64,000 nucleotides of DNA from positions 206,529,741-206,593,740 of the forward strand of contig CM041465.1 of NCBI GenBank assembly GCA_023213395.1. Reading direction: 5' to 3'. Below the pieces are notes generated by a model. It was not told the DNA's origin and did not search any database. It was given only the letters and a program-made list of their open reading frames with translations. This document shows, in pieces, positions 26,247 through 40,771 of the stretch. Made by a program: the position numbers and the translations under genes. This stretch comes from Cycas panzhihuaensis. Taxonomy: Eukaryota; Plantae; Cycadophyta. Each line of letters begins with the position of its first letter. Position 1 is the stretch's first letter.

Positions 26247-29200
26247 TGTTAGGATAATGCCCAATATTAAATCATGTAAAGCCACCCTTGGGCCCCTAAA
26301 AGGCACCTCGGGCCACCAATAATTAACATCAAGCCAACTTAAGGTACGCTATTTTAATAATGCATTTATTATTTTATTGTTCATTTAAATTTTTAATTAT
26401 TATTTGATGCTAGGGTTGAGGCAGTCCACCGCCTCCCCAAAACTATATATTAAAGGGGAGTACCTCCCTCATGTTTTTTAACACCGCTTTCATAATAGAA
26501 TTATGGTTAATTATTTCAAGATGGCTTTGTAGTCTATCCACTCTGTCCTCGACTCCAACATTTGGTATTAGAGCGCACGACAAGTTTATTGTTGATATTT
26601 CAAGCTTTACACTATAGTTTTAATATTATTTTTTATATAGTTTTAGAAAATATTTGATATTTCATACGTATAAGCTTGATTGATTATTATTTTTTCAAGT
26701 ATTTGTTGCAAAAATTATTGCATTCAGCCCAACAATAGCCTGGTGTGATCATTTTTAGAATTTATTTGATAAATATTACGTTTTTTATCAAATTTCACCA
26801 TTCTTTTAAAGGTTTTGTGACTTCGATAGGTTGGTGTGACCTCCACATTGCATGAAACTTCAATAAGTTACTATTCATTTCAATCATGGCTAAGTATACT
26901 TCACAACATAAGAATTTGTTTGTAATTTTGTCCATCCTAAGCAGAGAAATTCTTCCTAGAAGCCTAGTCACTACTTTCGGTCACCGAAACCCCTAGTGTA
27001 CCTCTTACAAATTACTAGTTTCACTTTAGTTTCTCTCATAATCTTAGTGCAATAAGGTAGCAGGCCGATTAAGGGAAAGACTAAGTTATCCTTGAGTATT
27101 TTCTAGCCCCCTCTAAGCTATACAACCTCCATGTAGTCGTGCAACCTCTGTGGGCTCTTGCGCTTCGTTCTCTGCGTGTGAGTATCTGTTCTTGACAAAA
27201 TTTTAGAGGTGCCTTGCCATCTGAGAGATGCAACTGCCCCTCAAGTTTTATGGTGATCCATTCATTCTGTGGAGAGTTTGAGCTCTTTGAATCTCCATGG
27301 CATGCGCAGGTCGAGTACGTCGATTTTTTTATTTTTTTTAATTTAACTTTATTTATTATAAAGTTTATAAAGTTTGACAAATTTTAATTAAATTCAATAA
27401 TATTTGAGTTTTAGGCCTAAGCTTCCTCTTCGTTTAGCCCTGATCTTTTTCTTGGTCCATGTGACCTCATCCTTCAATTTTAAAAGGGGCTAATCACATT
27501 TCATTTTTAAAAATTTATTTTTATTTATACATAAAGAGGATTGTTCACCTTTTCTACTATAACTTCATAATGGAAACCTGATTTTCATAAAATTGGACTC
27601 ATTGGATTTATATTTCAGGGCTCTTTAGCTTAGTGTCATTTTCTACTTATTTTGAGTATGTTTCTATAGTGTTTGAGTTCGTCAAAGTTGACCTTATTTA
27701 CTACACTTATTTCACTTACCATAAGAAGGTCTCTTCAGGGTTTCTTTAATATCTTAAGCTCCATAACTCCAAATTGTAAACCATCTAAACGGTCTAAAAA
27801 ATGGTTTAGAGCTATTCATAATAAAATAGATTTTACTTCATTCTGACTTCATTTTATTGGTTATTGAAGCTCTTCAAGTTAAGGTTCCAATTCAATTCTA
27901 CTTGGACATTTTGGTGGCATTTTTTGAATCAAAACCTTTTGTAATTGAATATATTTCATTAATATCTATCATATAGATAATTATTAACAATATTTATTGA
28001 TGTTTATTAGACTTATAATATATTTTTATAGACTTTTGGCATTCTTTAGCTTTTTGAAGCAAAAGGACCCCTTGTTATGCTCAAAACTAAAACTTGGTAC
28101 TTCTTATCTTGGCATTTCATTTCTACTATACTTAAAAGTATCTCTAACCTATTTTATTAGTTGATTAAAGGGATTTCATTGAATATTGATACGTGTTTAA
28201 GGCCATTTTGACTTCTTAATTACTTATCAAGTACACTTTATTTTACAAAGATTTCTTTAAAAAGCGTATTCTCATCTTACTTATACTTCATCTAGAAGCA
28301 TTTACCAACTATTTTTTATGCACTTGAGTTTCTTTTTCATTAGTTGAAGGAATTTTAAGTTGCTTAAGACCTCCTCACATTCCTTGAAGACATTTATGTG
28401 CATCTTTGCATAGAAAATGATATATATTTGTTAATACATTTAAAGATTTAAGTTCTTCATTGCATTCTACATACTCCATAAACTTTCTTATGCATTCTTA
28501 GTGAAAATGACATAAGCATTGAATATTTATTTTGAAAGGAATCGATTAGTTCTCTAAGGGATTTATCTTCTTTATTTGAAAAGTTTTTAAGTATATTAAA
28601 GATCATTGATTTACTTATAGATCCTTCATTTCATTTATTTGAAAAATATTAAGAGTTGTTTCAAGATTATTTTTTTAAGGAGATTTACTTGTTAAAATAT
28701 CCTTGCATTAAAGCATTCAAATTGAAAGAGCATAAACATTCTTTAGCTTTTATTATTTTGAGCAAGTTATTTATTTTGTTCAAGTAAAAGGAGAAAAGAT
28801 TGCATATTTATACCTACATTATTTTATTGAAAGCAATATTATTTTACTTCAAAACATTAGTTATTTAAAAGGATATCTAGTCTTGCTTATTTGAAAGTTT
28901 CTTTTGAAGGATTAAAAGGAACCTTTGTATGTTTAAGTAAGACCACACTTAAAATTAAAATTTTTACATTAACAAGATAATCTCCTAAATTAACCACAAT
29001 TATTCCAGCCTTACAAGGGAAACGATTAGGACCCTTGAAGTTACCACCACGTACACACCCTTGGCCTACTCATATTAGATGAGGAATATCATTGGCTATT
29101 AGATATATTAGGTGGTAGGCTGAGGTGGAGAACCTTTTTTTCTAGGGTTTAGAGACCAAGGCTAGACTTGGAGAGGATGAGTGCTTTGGTTTGTAAAACC

Positions 29201-31286
29201 TTTACCATTTGATCTGTTGCTAGGCATAAGTCTGGTGCAGGTGAACCAACAATTCAGGGGGGTATAACAACCTTCTTAGCAGCCTATATACTAAGGTATA
29301 TTGACCCTAGAGCTTATGTACTAGTATATTAGATCCTTGTTTTTCCACTTGTAGGCAGGCGCTACTAGACAAGATAGCAACCAAAGGTTTTCCTTGGGAA
29401 AACTTGGACTTAGAGCTTAAAAGCCTCATTAGAGACTAGGACACTTGTAAACTTTAGGAAAACATCATCCCATCTAAAGATATTTTTTTACAAAACCTAG
29501 TTAAGAAATAGCAACAAGTTTTAGAAATATAATTATTCCTAAGTTTGATAGATCAAACTTTCTAAATTAGAGTAAGAGGATAAGACTAATGACATATGGG
29601 AAATTGTGAGAACAGGTTATAATGAACTAGGTCAAAATGTCATAGATCTTGAAAAGGCAACTTACAAGGAAAAGGTTAAGAAAGACAATGAAGCTCTTGC
29701 TCTTATTTTTGTGCATTAGAAGACCATATTTTTCTAAGAGTTAGTGAATCCACAAAATTGAAAGAGGCATATGACACTTTGCAATTAATCTATAAAGGGG
29801 TTGTATCTTCCAAACTTCAAACTTTAAGAAACAAATTCAAGGACTTACGCATGATGCCAACTGAATTTATGATAAAGGTACAAGACTTAGTAAATCAAAT
29901 AAGATCATTTGGGGATATGCTGACTGAACAAAGAGTAGTAGAATGAATCTTGAGATGTGTAAGTTTCGTAAGAAGATTCAAAATGGTAGCAATAAGTATA
30001 GGGATATCCAAAGACTTAAGTACCCTTACGGTGGAATAATTAAGTGCTTTGTTGATGATATTTGAAAGCAACAAAACACAAATGAATCTCTTGAATATGC
30101 CTTTGCTACCAAGGCAAGAATCCAGTCCAATTCTCAATCTAGTACATCCAAGTCTAGAGAAGCATCTCTTAAAAGAAGAGAAAGAAATCCTAGAAGGGAC
30201 ATGCATTAAGATGTACTACTTAAGTATCAAGCTCCTTACTAAAGGATCAAGAGAAACAACTAGAGGCACATCTATATTACCTAAATTGCCATGGAAATGT
30301 ATAAGCTCAAAGATCAAATCCTAATTATTATGACAATAGACCAAGGGACAATCAAGTCCCACGTTATGAGGAAAGGGGGAGACCATCTCACATAAATATT
30401 TCCTCATCCTCATAATAGAAGCTTAAGTTATGGGAGAAGAGGTACATTATATTGTACCTATTGTAATCATAATGGTCATACATAAGATAAGTGTTTTTCA
30501 AAATATGGATGACCTACAAAAGTTAGTGCCAATACAACAATTGAAATAAGGGATAATAACACACCTTTCTTATCTAGTTATATTGCCCATGAATAGGAAG
30601 ATGACAACTAGTATATTGATTCAGGTTGCTCTACTCACATAACACACAAGGAGCATTTATTATTGTAAATAGAATCAGGAAACTCTAGATATCTTAGCGA
30701 TATATTTTATGTACCAACCCTTAAGAAAAGTCTCATATCTGTAGGGTAGATGATGGGCTAGGATTACAAGGTAATCTTTCATAATGGAGAATGTACTATC
30801 AAAGACAAGAGAAGAAACAAGGCGGTTATAGCCAAAGGAAAAATGACTAAGGATATACTCTTTAAACTTGTCATTACCCCATCAGATACTTATGCCTTAA
30901 AAGCTATGGTTAAAATGGATAGTGACTTATGGGATAAGAGATTTGGATATCTAAACTATAGCAGTTTGGCGTTAATGAAAAAGATAGACACGGTTAACAG
31001 GTTACCCAATATTGAAGTGGATAAAAACATTTGCGAAGGATGCTTACTTAGCAAACAACATAGAGAGAGCTTTTCAAATTACAACTATCGAGCAACTGGA
31101 CCACTTCAACTAGTTTATATAGATATTTGTGGTCCTATGGATATCCCCTCATTCATAGGTATATGTTACTTTATTACATTTATTCATGACTACATAAGAA
31201 AGACTTGGGTATTCTTCCTAATGTTCAAATTGGATGCCTACCAACACTTTGTTGATTTTAAAACCTATATGGAATACAAAGGATCT
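26247..31286 (+). mobile_element. Ty1/copia element G: 5' LTR 26247-26560, PBS 26563-26574, ~3-kb leader, gag, protease, integrase (cut at ~31286)
   Basis: LTR TGTTAGG...CCAACA followed by TGGTATTAGAGC. Gag SKLQTLRNKF; knuckle CTYCNHNGH..DKC (~30452); protease YIDSGCSTH (~30612); integrase CEGCLLSKQHR..LQLVYIDICGP..YFITFIHDY. Confidence 0.9.
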
Positions 31287-33139
31287 TGTGTTTATATAAT
31301 AATGATGTATTGATATATGTTATTTGTTTATATTTTGCCCTATTCTCCATTGATTTATTTTCTTACAAGTGGTACTATAGAGTGATTCATGGTATCGCAG
31401 ATACTTCTATGGTACCGTAGATTTGTTTGTGGTATGGCTGTTATAGCTTTTGACCATGTCCCTAATGGCCAAATGGATTTTTTTTCATCTTATTTGGTGG
31501 GCTTGGGGCACCACATTAGCCCAGGTCAGCTTACTACACCCTAGGGAACCTCATTGGACCTCCAATATCATTTTTTATTCAAGTTTTCTTAAGATTTGAA
31601 TCTCCCTCCTTAGCTCCATTTATGGTTTTGGGTAGTGGTTTCCCCATCTTGTGGGCATAAAACCACCACTCCCTCACCTTATTTTCTCTTATAAAATCCC
31701 TCAAGTTTAAGGGTGGGACATCATAGATCTTTCATTCTTGTTATATCATCAAAATGATACCAAATTTCTGCCTTAATAACTCTTCTACTCTTGATATAAC
31801 TTGTATGCTTTGGAGTTAAGGTGGTGGCATTAGAGATCATCCCTATGGCAAATAAGGAGACCTTGGAGAATTTCTCATCAAGCGGCCATCACTTCTTGTC
31901 TCTCCATTAGTTTGGACATATCCCTTCCTACTTTAGTTTACCTTTTGTGAGACTCCTCTTACCCTTTCCCTTCATACTTATTTTTCTTGTCAACTTGTAT
32001 AGCTAGAGTTGTTTGGATTCGGTAGCTTTTACTTTTGTTGTAGTAGTGGGAAGTAGGGTTTGAGTTTATATGGTCTCTCTTTCCCTTTTGCCTACATATT
32101 TACTAAGTTACATGGCCTTATTGGAGAGGTTTTTCCTAGTATAACTAGGGAAACCATTACATAGAGGAGGTTGCGCCATTCTCAGGCACCCTTCCCTCTC
32201 TTTATTTTATATTTGTTATCATTTCCATCACACTATTTGATATGTACATATATAATACTCCATATCTATATTGTTTTCATGTAATTAGAGTTTTTTGAAA
32301 GATTATTAGGATAGCCCTTTCTATAGATCTAACTTGTAGGTATAGGAAGGAGTAACCTTCCATCATTCACATTAGGGTTTAGAGCTAAGATGTGCCCTCA
32401 ACAAGGTGAGAACCCTCATCTTTACACTTATTATTACTTTATTCTTCTACTTCCTTCTTTTATTGCTTTCCATTCATTGTCTTTCCATTTGGGGTAGGTA
32501 AGTGGAGCCTTCTTAATCTGCTTCAATTGGCAACACAAGCATTTGAAGAGAGAATGGGAAGAGGCAAAGGGGAGTGATGTCACTAACCACTAACTAAATC
32601 TAGGTGCACCTCCTTCCTTCTTCTCATTATTGTTTCATATTTTTGTTAGTATTTACACTCTACTCCCCATTGAAGGAATCCTCCCCCTTTATTGTTTGTT
32701 TCCTTTTAGTTGGATTATCATTAGAAAAGGAAAATAAGGAAGTAGAGGAGGGTTTCTTGCATGGTAGATAATAAAGGGAAATCAATTTGTAAGAATGGAA
32801 ATTAGTTTTCTTTCCCTTTTGTTTTAGGAAAAAGAAAAAGTTGAAAGTAAGGGTTTCCTTGGTTAGGGTTTAATATAGGAAATGATCTCTTACATGTCCC
32901 CCTCTTGTGCCTCCTTAGTTGTATCCTTATTTCTTTCTTTTCATTAGCATGCATTTTTCCTTTTTTTACATAAAAAAAGAGAGGGAGAGTGTTAAAGTAA
33001 AGGAGAGTAAGGTTTCTTTACGTGTATTATACCCCTTTTCGATTTCCTTTTTTGTTCTTGTTCCTAGTAATATAAAAACAAAACCTAACCATAGCCCTCT
33101 TATCCTACCAAGTGGGCTTGTGCCTATTTATCCCTTCAC

Positions 33140-33142
<3 letters not shown>

Positions 33143-33197
<55 letters not shown>
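33143..33197. repeat. Compound microsatellite (TC)14(TA)13 in the host LTR
   Basis: Directly visible. The homologous site at ~56143-56173 has only the (TC)n part. Confidence 0.93.
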
Positions 33198-36100
33198 CTA
33201 TTTCCTTCACATTGGCCCCTTACCAAGGGAATCTACCCAACTATAGAACCTTTCTCCAAAACCTTAGGTAAAGGGTAAGGGACCACATCTATACGTTCTC
33301 GAATCTACACCTCTGAGATCCATGAGCACCCTACGTAGGCTACCCAAGACTCCTTTACACCCTATATAAAAAGAGTGGATCTATCCTTCATCTCTATACA
33401 CTAAACACAAAGGCAAATATGCAAGCAAGAGAGACTTGAGAGAAAGAAAGTAGCTTTCACAAAATGGGGAGGTAAGAATAAGTCTTATCCATTGAGCTTT
33501 TACTTTTATATTAAGAGAGGGAGCATTAGAGTTAGGTAAAATGAAATTACACATAATGCATATGAAAGTACATTTCACTTAAGTGATATAATTTAAAGTT
33601 CACCTAAGACCCTTTTTAGAAATAATCAACTAATGTAATGACCGTGTGAGATTAATCCTTTCCAATCTCCCTCTTAATGGTAGAACGTCATTTCATCCTA
33701 TTTTATTCTATCCTATGAGGTTTTCATTTGAGCCTCTTACAAAGCAAACTACTATGACACTTTTGTGGGAAACCCTCATGGGGAAGAAAACCCATAAATT
33801 TTTTAATCTACTAACCTGGCTTAAGCGGCTCTTTAAATGAAGCCAAATAGTTAATTAGTATAATGCATTTTGTAGCTAAAATCTATTGAGTCTCCATATA
33901 CCATTTGGTCATCCCCCATGCCCTTTCGAGTTTTCATAGGTTTTGATTTTCCAAAATGATATAACCCTTATCCTTTCATGCCCACAAGGGGTTTTCATGA
34001 ATGCAATAAAGCAAAGACTTACTTTTGTCCTTCTGCGCCCATAAGGGGTGTTCACGAATGAGACAATGTATGATGGTCTTATTATCATCTCCTTTAATCA
34101 GTCAGAGATGGAGGCCCTAAGGTTGAGTTGCTTTCAGAACTATTCAAACTTCACCCTCTTCAGTGGTTTGGTGAAGATATCAGCCACTTGATCTACTGTG
34201 GGGTAATACTCCAGTTGAATTGTGCCATCATGAACTAGTTCTCTAATCCTGTGGACTTTCATACTTATATGTTTGGTATGATCATGAAATACATAATTTT
34301 TAGCCATTTAGATTGTAGATTGATTATCTATATGTAAGCTAGTAGAACTTGTTTGGGTGGCATTTAATGTATTCAACAATTTTCAAAGTCATATCACCTC
34401 TTTACTTATCTTGGAAGTACTAATATACTCAGCTTCGATAGCTGACTCTGTAACTATCTTCTGCCATTTGGATCTCTATGATATTGGTGCTATTCCAAGA
34501 AATGTTACATACCCAGACATAGATCTTCCTGTGTCTTTATCTCTAACAAAGTTTGAGTTTGTGTATGCATAAAATTTAAATTCTGCATTGGGTTCATACA
34601 ACAGACCATATTTGATGGTCGTCTTCAGGTACCTCAACACTCGTATTATAGCTTAACAGTGATTCTGCTTAAGATTTGTCATGAATCTTGCAAGAATGCC
34701 AACAAAGTATGTAATATCTAGCCTTATGTTGGTAGTATACATGAGACTACCTACAAGTTGCCTGTAGATTGTTGCTTCTACCTCCCTAGTGTCACCATCA
34801 GTTGAGAGTTTAATATTATGTTCCATAGGTGTATCCACTAGTCGAGCACCTTCCAACTGAAACTTTGTCAAAAGATCATTGATATATTTTTCTTGGGAGA
34901 GAAATATTTTTCCATTCTTTTGAGTTACTTCAATTCCCAAGTAATATTTTATCAACCCGAAGTCAGACAATTTAAAAGTTTTAGTAAAGTCCTTCGTTAG
35001 TTGGCTAATTACCTATTCATTATTCTCTATTATTAGCATATCATCCACACAGATTAAGAGGTATGTGACTTTATCATTTTGGTACTTGATGAATAATGTT
35101 GTATCAATATCTTGATAGTCATAAACCTCATATCCAAGATACCTCATTCTTTCAAACAACTTGGTAAATCAAGCACGAGGGGCTTGTTTTAGGTTGTCCA
35201 AGGACTTTCTCAGCCTGCAAACCTTATGCTCCTAACCAATAATCTTGTATCCTTCTGGCTGTGCCATGTAAATTTCTTCTTTAGGTTCCCCATTGAGAAA
35301 TGCGGTCTTAACATGAAGTTGGTGGATTTTCCAACCCTGTTGAGTAACCAAGGCTATAAGAGTTCTGATTGGAGGCCACTTGGTTGTAGGAGAAAATATT
35401 TCAGTGTAGTCGATGCCTTCTCTTTATGTGAATCCTTTTGATACCAACCTCGTCTTATGTTTTTCTAGGGTTCCATCTGATCTATACTTGTTTTTGAACA
35501 CCCATTTGTTTTAAACTATCTTTCTTCTAAGTGGTAGATCAACAAGCTCCAATGTACTATTCTTGATAAGAGATTAGTACTCTTCATTCATGGAATTTCT
35601 CCAAGCTGCATGCTTTATAACTTCTTGGAAAGTTAAGGGCTCTTCATTAAGAGCAAGGTGCAGTTCTGTTGGTTTAAGCTCAACAGAAAGTGATTCATAC
35701 ATCCTTGCTCTATAGACACTTCTAGTGCCAGTTTTGTTTACCTCATCTGATCGCATATCCTTGTGTAGCTGGTAGGCTCCATGAAAACCTCGAGTTGGGA
35801 ATGAGGTTTTCATTTCCACAGCCTCTTAGTCTTCATTTTGATCCTAAAAAGGATCATGTGAAATGTTTAGTACAGAGGAATTTGACGATACTAGAGAAGA
35901 TAGGCCAGCCATAGATGTTGGAGAAGATGATCCTTCTACTATGGCTTTGCCTTTATCAACTTGGCTATTAGCAAATGATGGTGTTAGATGTGTACACATC
36001 AGCTGGGAATCATAGGGCTCTATTATCAGATTCCAAGATTTTAAACAACTATTGAGCATCTCCCCCCCTAAATTTTGGAATTTGGACATCAAATTCAGTA

Positions 36101-38585
36101 GCATCATTAAATCAGCATGAAGGCATCTTGGAGTCAAGTCTGAGTAATTAATCTTCAGTCTCTTCAAAGATAACATCTCTAGTGATGATGATTTTGTACT
36201 GTGAAGGTATGAAAACCTTGTATCCCTTTTTGTCCATAGGATATCCAACAAAGATGCTTTTGATAGCTCTATCTTGGAGCTTGTTTCTATATTCGTCCAA
36301 AATGTGAGTGTAACAAGTAGAGCCAAAACTTTTGAAGTGGGAGATAGAGGGGGTTTGTCCATACCATATTTCATATGGACAGGGGCCGAGCTTGGGGGGA
36401 CTAATAGTGTTAATGTAATACATAGCAGTCTAGATAGCCTCATCCTAAAGATAGATAAGGATATATTTATATACCAGCATAGCACGAGCCATGTTCATGA
36501 TGGTCCTATTCATGCACTCAATAACTCCATTTTATTGGGGTGTACCTACAATAGTAGTCTAATGTTTGATTCCATGTTGGCGTAGGTACGATACAAACTC
36601 ATTGGATGTGTACTCGCCACCATTGTCAATCCTGAGTATTTTGATCTTGAATCCAAATTCATTTTCCATATGGGCCTTAAAAGCTTGAAACTTAGAAAAA
36701 GCTTCATCTTTCTTTGCAAGAAAAGCAACCCATACTTTCTTGGTAAAATCATTAATGAAAGTAATATAGTACCACTTTTGTTTAAGAGAAGGGATGGGTG
36801 TAAGACCACATATATCTGAGTGTACAAGCTTCTAAGGTTGGCTAGATTTCCACTGACTACGAGGAAATGGTTGTCTTTGAGATTTGGCAATAATACATGC
36901 TTCATATTTGAAGGGCTTAGAGGAGAGCCTAAGCATACCAAGAAGAGTGGCATGTAGTTCTCTTAAATGATTAATTTTAATATGGCCCATGTGAGCATGC
37001 CATAGGGCTATTTGGGATAACTTTTGAGGGGTCAAGGTTGTCGTAAAATCAGAGTCATCATCAACATAGTTAGCTTCAGAGGATGGTGAGCCAGTTAGGC
37101 GAAAAAGTTTGCCATCAAGAATTTCAGTCATAATCACAACATTTGAAGGAGGGTGAATGACAAAGAGAGTTTGATTATTTATAGTTACACTCAAATTAAA
37201 TCCACGAGAGATAAAGATTAGGGAGAGTAGGTTCTGCTTCAGAGTAGAAATATATAAAACATCAACAGGTATAAAATCTGGAAGGCTTAGGAGTTTCAAG
37301 CAAATAGTTCCAAGTCCTTCGACTAGCTAAGATGATTTGTCAACCATTTGTACAACACCATAGACTTCAGAGTCAAAATCCTAAAAGAATTGGCGATGAT
37401 AAGTCATGTGTTATGTTGCTCCAGTATCCATGATCTATAATTAAGTATTTGAGGTGGCACTATTTGCAACTCTAATTGGTGAAGGCAAAAGTGAATAAGC
37501 ATAGCCACAATGAGCCTCAATATACTTAGTGGATCTATCAATAAAATTTGATGAAGTGGTCTCAATTCTTTAAAGGTGTGTATGAGCAAATTGTGTTCCA
37601 CCAAAAATATCTTTAAAAGAAGTATTATCAACATTATGTGCACCATGGTACTGTTGATAACTTGGTAGTTTGTTGGTGGAAGTTCTATAATTTTTGCCAT
37701 AATGTCTTTTTCTATTACACCTTTGGCATACAATTATTTGATTTCCAATCCCATTAGAAGTATTGGTTGGTTGGATTATCTATGATTACTGGATCTAACT
37801 CTAGGTTGATTATTTTAGCCTTGGCCTTGAGACTATTTTTGTTGGAGTTGAGGAGCCTATTGACCAAGAGGACATTATCCTTGTTGTCTACCTCTTCTTC
37901 GTCCATGAGAATTACCACCTTTATGAGAGTATTGACCTTGATTTTTGGTATAACAAAGATCTTCTTCCACTTTGAAAGTAGCTTCAGCTAGATTTGATAT
38001 AATGGCAAAGTTGGTATCAAAGGTCTTATCAAATTCAATAAACTTATCAGTAAGCTCCCATGTACCGTTCTTAATAAGAGATTGTTATTCTTCGTTCATG
38101 CCATTTCTCCAAGATGCATACTTTATAGCTTCTTGGTATATTAGGGGCTCTTCATTAAGAGTAAGGTGCAAGTCTGCTGGTTCAATCTCAACGAAAAGTG
38201 ATTCATATATCCTTGCTCTATGGGCACTTCTAGTGCCAGGTTTGCCTACCTCATCTAGTCACATATCCTTATGTAGCTGGTAGGCTTCACAGAAAGCTCG
38301 AGTTAGGAATAAGGTTTTCATTTTCATAGCCTCTTGGTCTTTGTTTTGATCCTAAAAAGGATCATATGAAATGTTTGGCATTGAGGAAGTTGACGATGCT
38401 GGAGAAGATGGACCAACCATAGATGTCCGAGGAAATGATCCTTCTGCTATGGCTTTATCTTTGCCAACTTGGCTATTCGCAAATGATGGTGTTGGATGTG
38501 TACACATTAGTTGGAAGTCACAACTTGTATCCTCTAGGGCTTTATTGTCAGATTCCAAGATTTTGAGTAACTGTTGAGTATCCCA

Positions 38586-38658
38586 TGTTACAGGCCAACT
38601 TGTTACATGATACCACTTGTTACATGATACCATTTGTTACTTGTTACATGATACCACT
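38586..38658 (-). repeat. Short tandem array of LTR-end + PBS fragments (A(G/A)TGGTATCA-TGTAACA units)
   Basis: Plus strand: tgttacaggccaact tgttacatgataccact tgttacatgataccatt tgttact tgttacatgataccact, then the LTR begins. Confidence 0.92.
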
Positions 38659-40771
38659 TGTTACATGCTTATCTTGTAACCAAATCAATATAAAGAAATA
38701 TACAGAGAAATAGAAGAAATAAGATGAAAGAAGAAGGTAGGGTTCCGAAGAACATCCATTAACATATCATTGTATCATATTCCCCTCTTTACAATAGAGT
38801 GGGGTATATATAACACTCACCCCCATATTATTATATTCCTACCTTTATATCAACCAATCATATTAATCCTCATATGATGGAGGGTCATAGCCCTCTCTAA
38901 CATGTGGTGTAGGCTCACCACATTCCCTCTCCCCTTAGATGCTTAGCCTCGAGCATCCCCGACATAGATGCATGTGACCACCTCCTGCTATTGGTGTCCA
39001 ACCGATAGGTCCATTGAAGGTTGTCTGAAAATCTACGCATAGAATAAGGATCTATCCATCCAAAGTAGATCTTTATGTGTCCAGAATCTTCGTAACCTTG
39101 GAACCTCAAGCTTAAATGATTTGCATGCTTGGGGTACTTAGTTTGTGAGGGCTTTGTATAATACGTGCGTCGATGCTGAGTCTCCTGATAATGTGGGTGT
39201 CGATAAGGTCCCACTTTGGTATGTGCTCCAACTTTTGATGAGTGATGGTCTTCCTTGTCCTTGACTACGACTGGTGGTGTGGAATGACCAACAATTTCTA
39301 CTGTGTTACCCTGGTACTCCTTTTCTCCTCCATCATCGTTCTTTTACTCTTGACTTTGAGGAGTAGGGAGAATTCCTTGTTCCACCTTTTGGTTATACTT
39401 CTTGAGTATTTTATGGGCTTCTTGTTTGTCTTGTTCAAGGTTTTGCATCTCCTTCCACCAAGAAGCATTATATTTTCTACAAATGTTAAGTGTTAGCATA
39501 GAAAAATAAAATGGCCTACCTATGTTAGACCACTCCTTAAAGCAAAGGTAAGCCTCTCCTTGTAGATATAATGAGGCTACTTTAGTTATCTCCTCATTGC
39601 ACAAGAAGTTATCATCAAGTGTTTTTAAGTATACAAACATATCACCAACCCAATCATCTGCAGACTGAGTCCCATCGGCATTAAAGATGCGTGGTATAGG
39701 CCTTTTTGTAGCCATGATGATGGGGATATAGGTAAGATTAGGGGTGTCTATAGCCTGTTATCCCCTAATTTTTTTTTTCAAAATTGTATATTGGGCCTCA
39801 CAAGCAATGGTTTTGACACCACGGTCTAAATGGCTAAGGAAATATAATATGAAACACTTGATTTTTAAAAAATTATTTCTAAAAAAAAGTATGGCTCAAA
39901 AGTACATAAAATATGGATAAAAATCACGGCCACTAAAATATAATTCCAACCGTTTAGACGGAATCAAATTCTGATGTCTAAATCAAAAGTTATAGCTGTT
40001 TAAGAAATTTGTTGCTAGGGTTTCTAAGGACTGTAATAGTACCTTCTAATAAAATACCAACAACTCTCTGCTCTGACCTCTGATTGACTTCAAACCACTT
40101 CCATTGGAAAGAAAATTTAAAAACGTATAGAATAAAAAAAAATTTGAGGTCATTTGGACACCTGTAGCTAAAATTATGGCTCTTTGAAGTTGAGGTTATA
40201 GATCTGTCCCAAAAATACGTCAACGGAAAGTAGGTTGAAATAAAATTGGCTATGATTTCTGCAACTTTTCACCAAAACCAGCACTATGACCACTCAAAAT
40301 TTATGGCGCGAGCCCTTTCGTCTTGAATTATTTGACGTTTCCTTGAGAATCTTTTGTCTTTGATCCCAACGAGTAGAACTTTCATATGCTAAAAACCTTG
40401 AAAAAAAAATTTGGCAAAAAATGGATCCCTAGCTCTTGTATGGATCAGAAATTGATTCTAATCTTTTGGGCAGCTTTCCATGATCGCAACACAGCTCTGA
40501 TACCACTTGTTACATGCTTATCCTGTAACCAAATCAATATAAAGAAATATACAGAGAAATAGAAGAAATAAGATGAAAGAAGAAGGTAGGGTTCCGAAGA
40601 ACATCCATTAACATATCATTGTATCCTATTATTCTCTTTATAATAGAGTGGGGTATATATAATACTCACCCCTATATTATTATATTCCTACCTTTATATC
40701 AACCAATCCTATTAATCCTCATATGATGGAGGGTCATAGCCCTCTCTAACATGTGGTGTAGGCTCACCACA
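38586..40771 (-). mobile_element. Gag-only (TR-GAG-like) non-autonomous LTR element F nested in D; LTRs 38659-38922 and 40508-40771 (264 bp)
   Basis: Perfect TSD TCCCA (38581-38585 and 40772-40776); PBS 40494-40505; PPT 38923-38936; gag-like ORF from 39715; no pol. About 9/264 LTR mismatches. Confidence 0.93.

Noticed and set aside
38586-38658. Short repeat array as a CRISPR
   Set aside because: There are no unique spacers or cas genes, the context is eukaryotic, and the units are copies of the adjacent LTR end and PBS.
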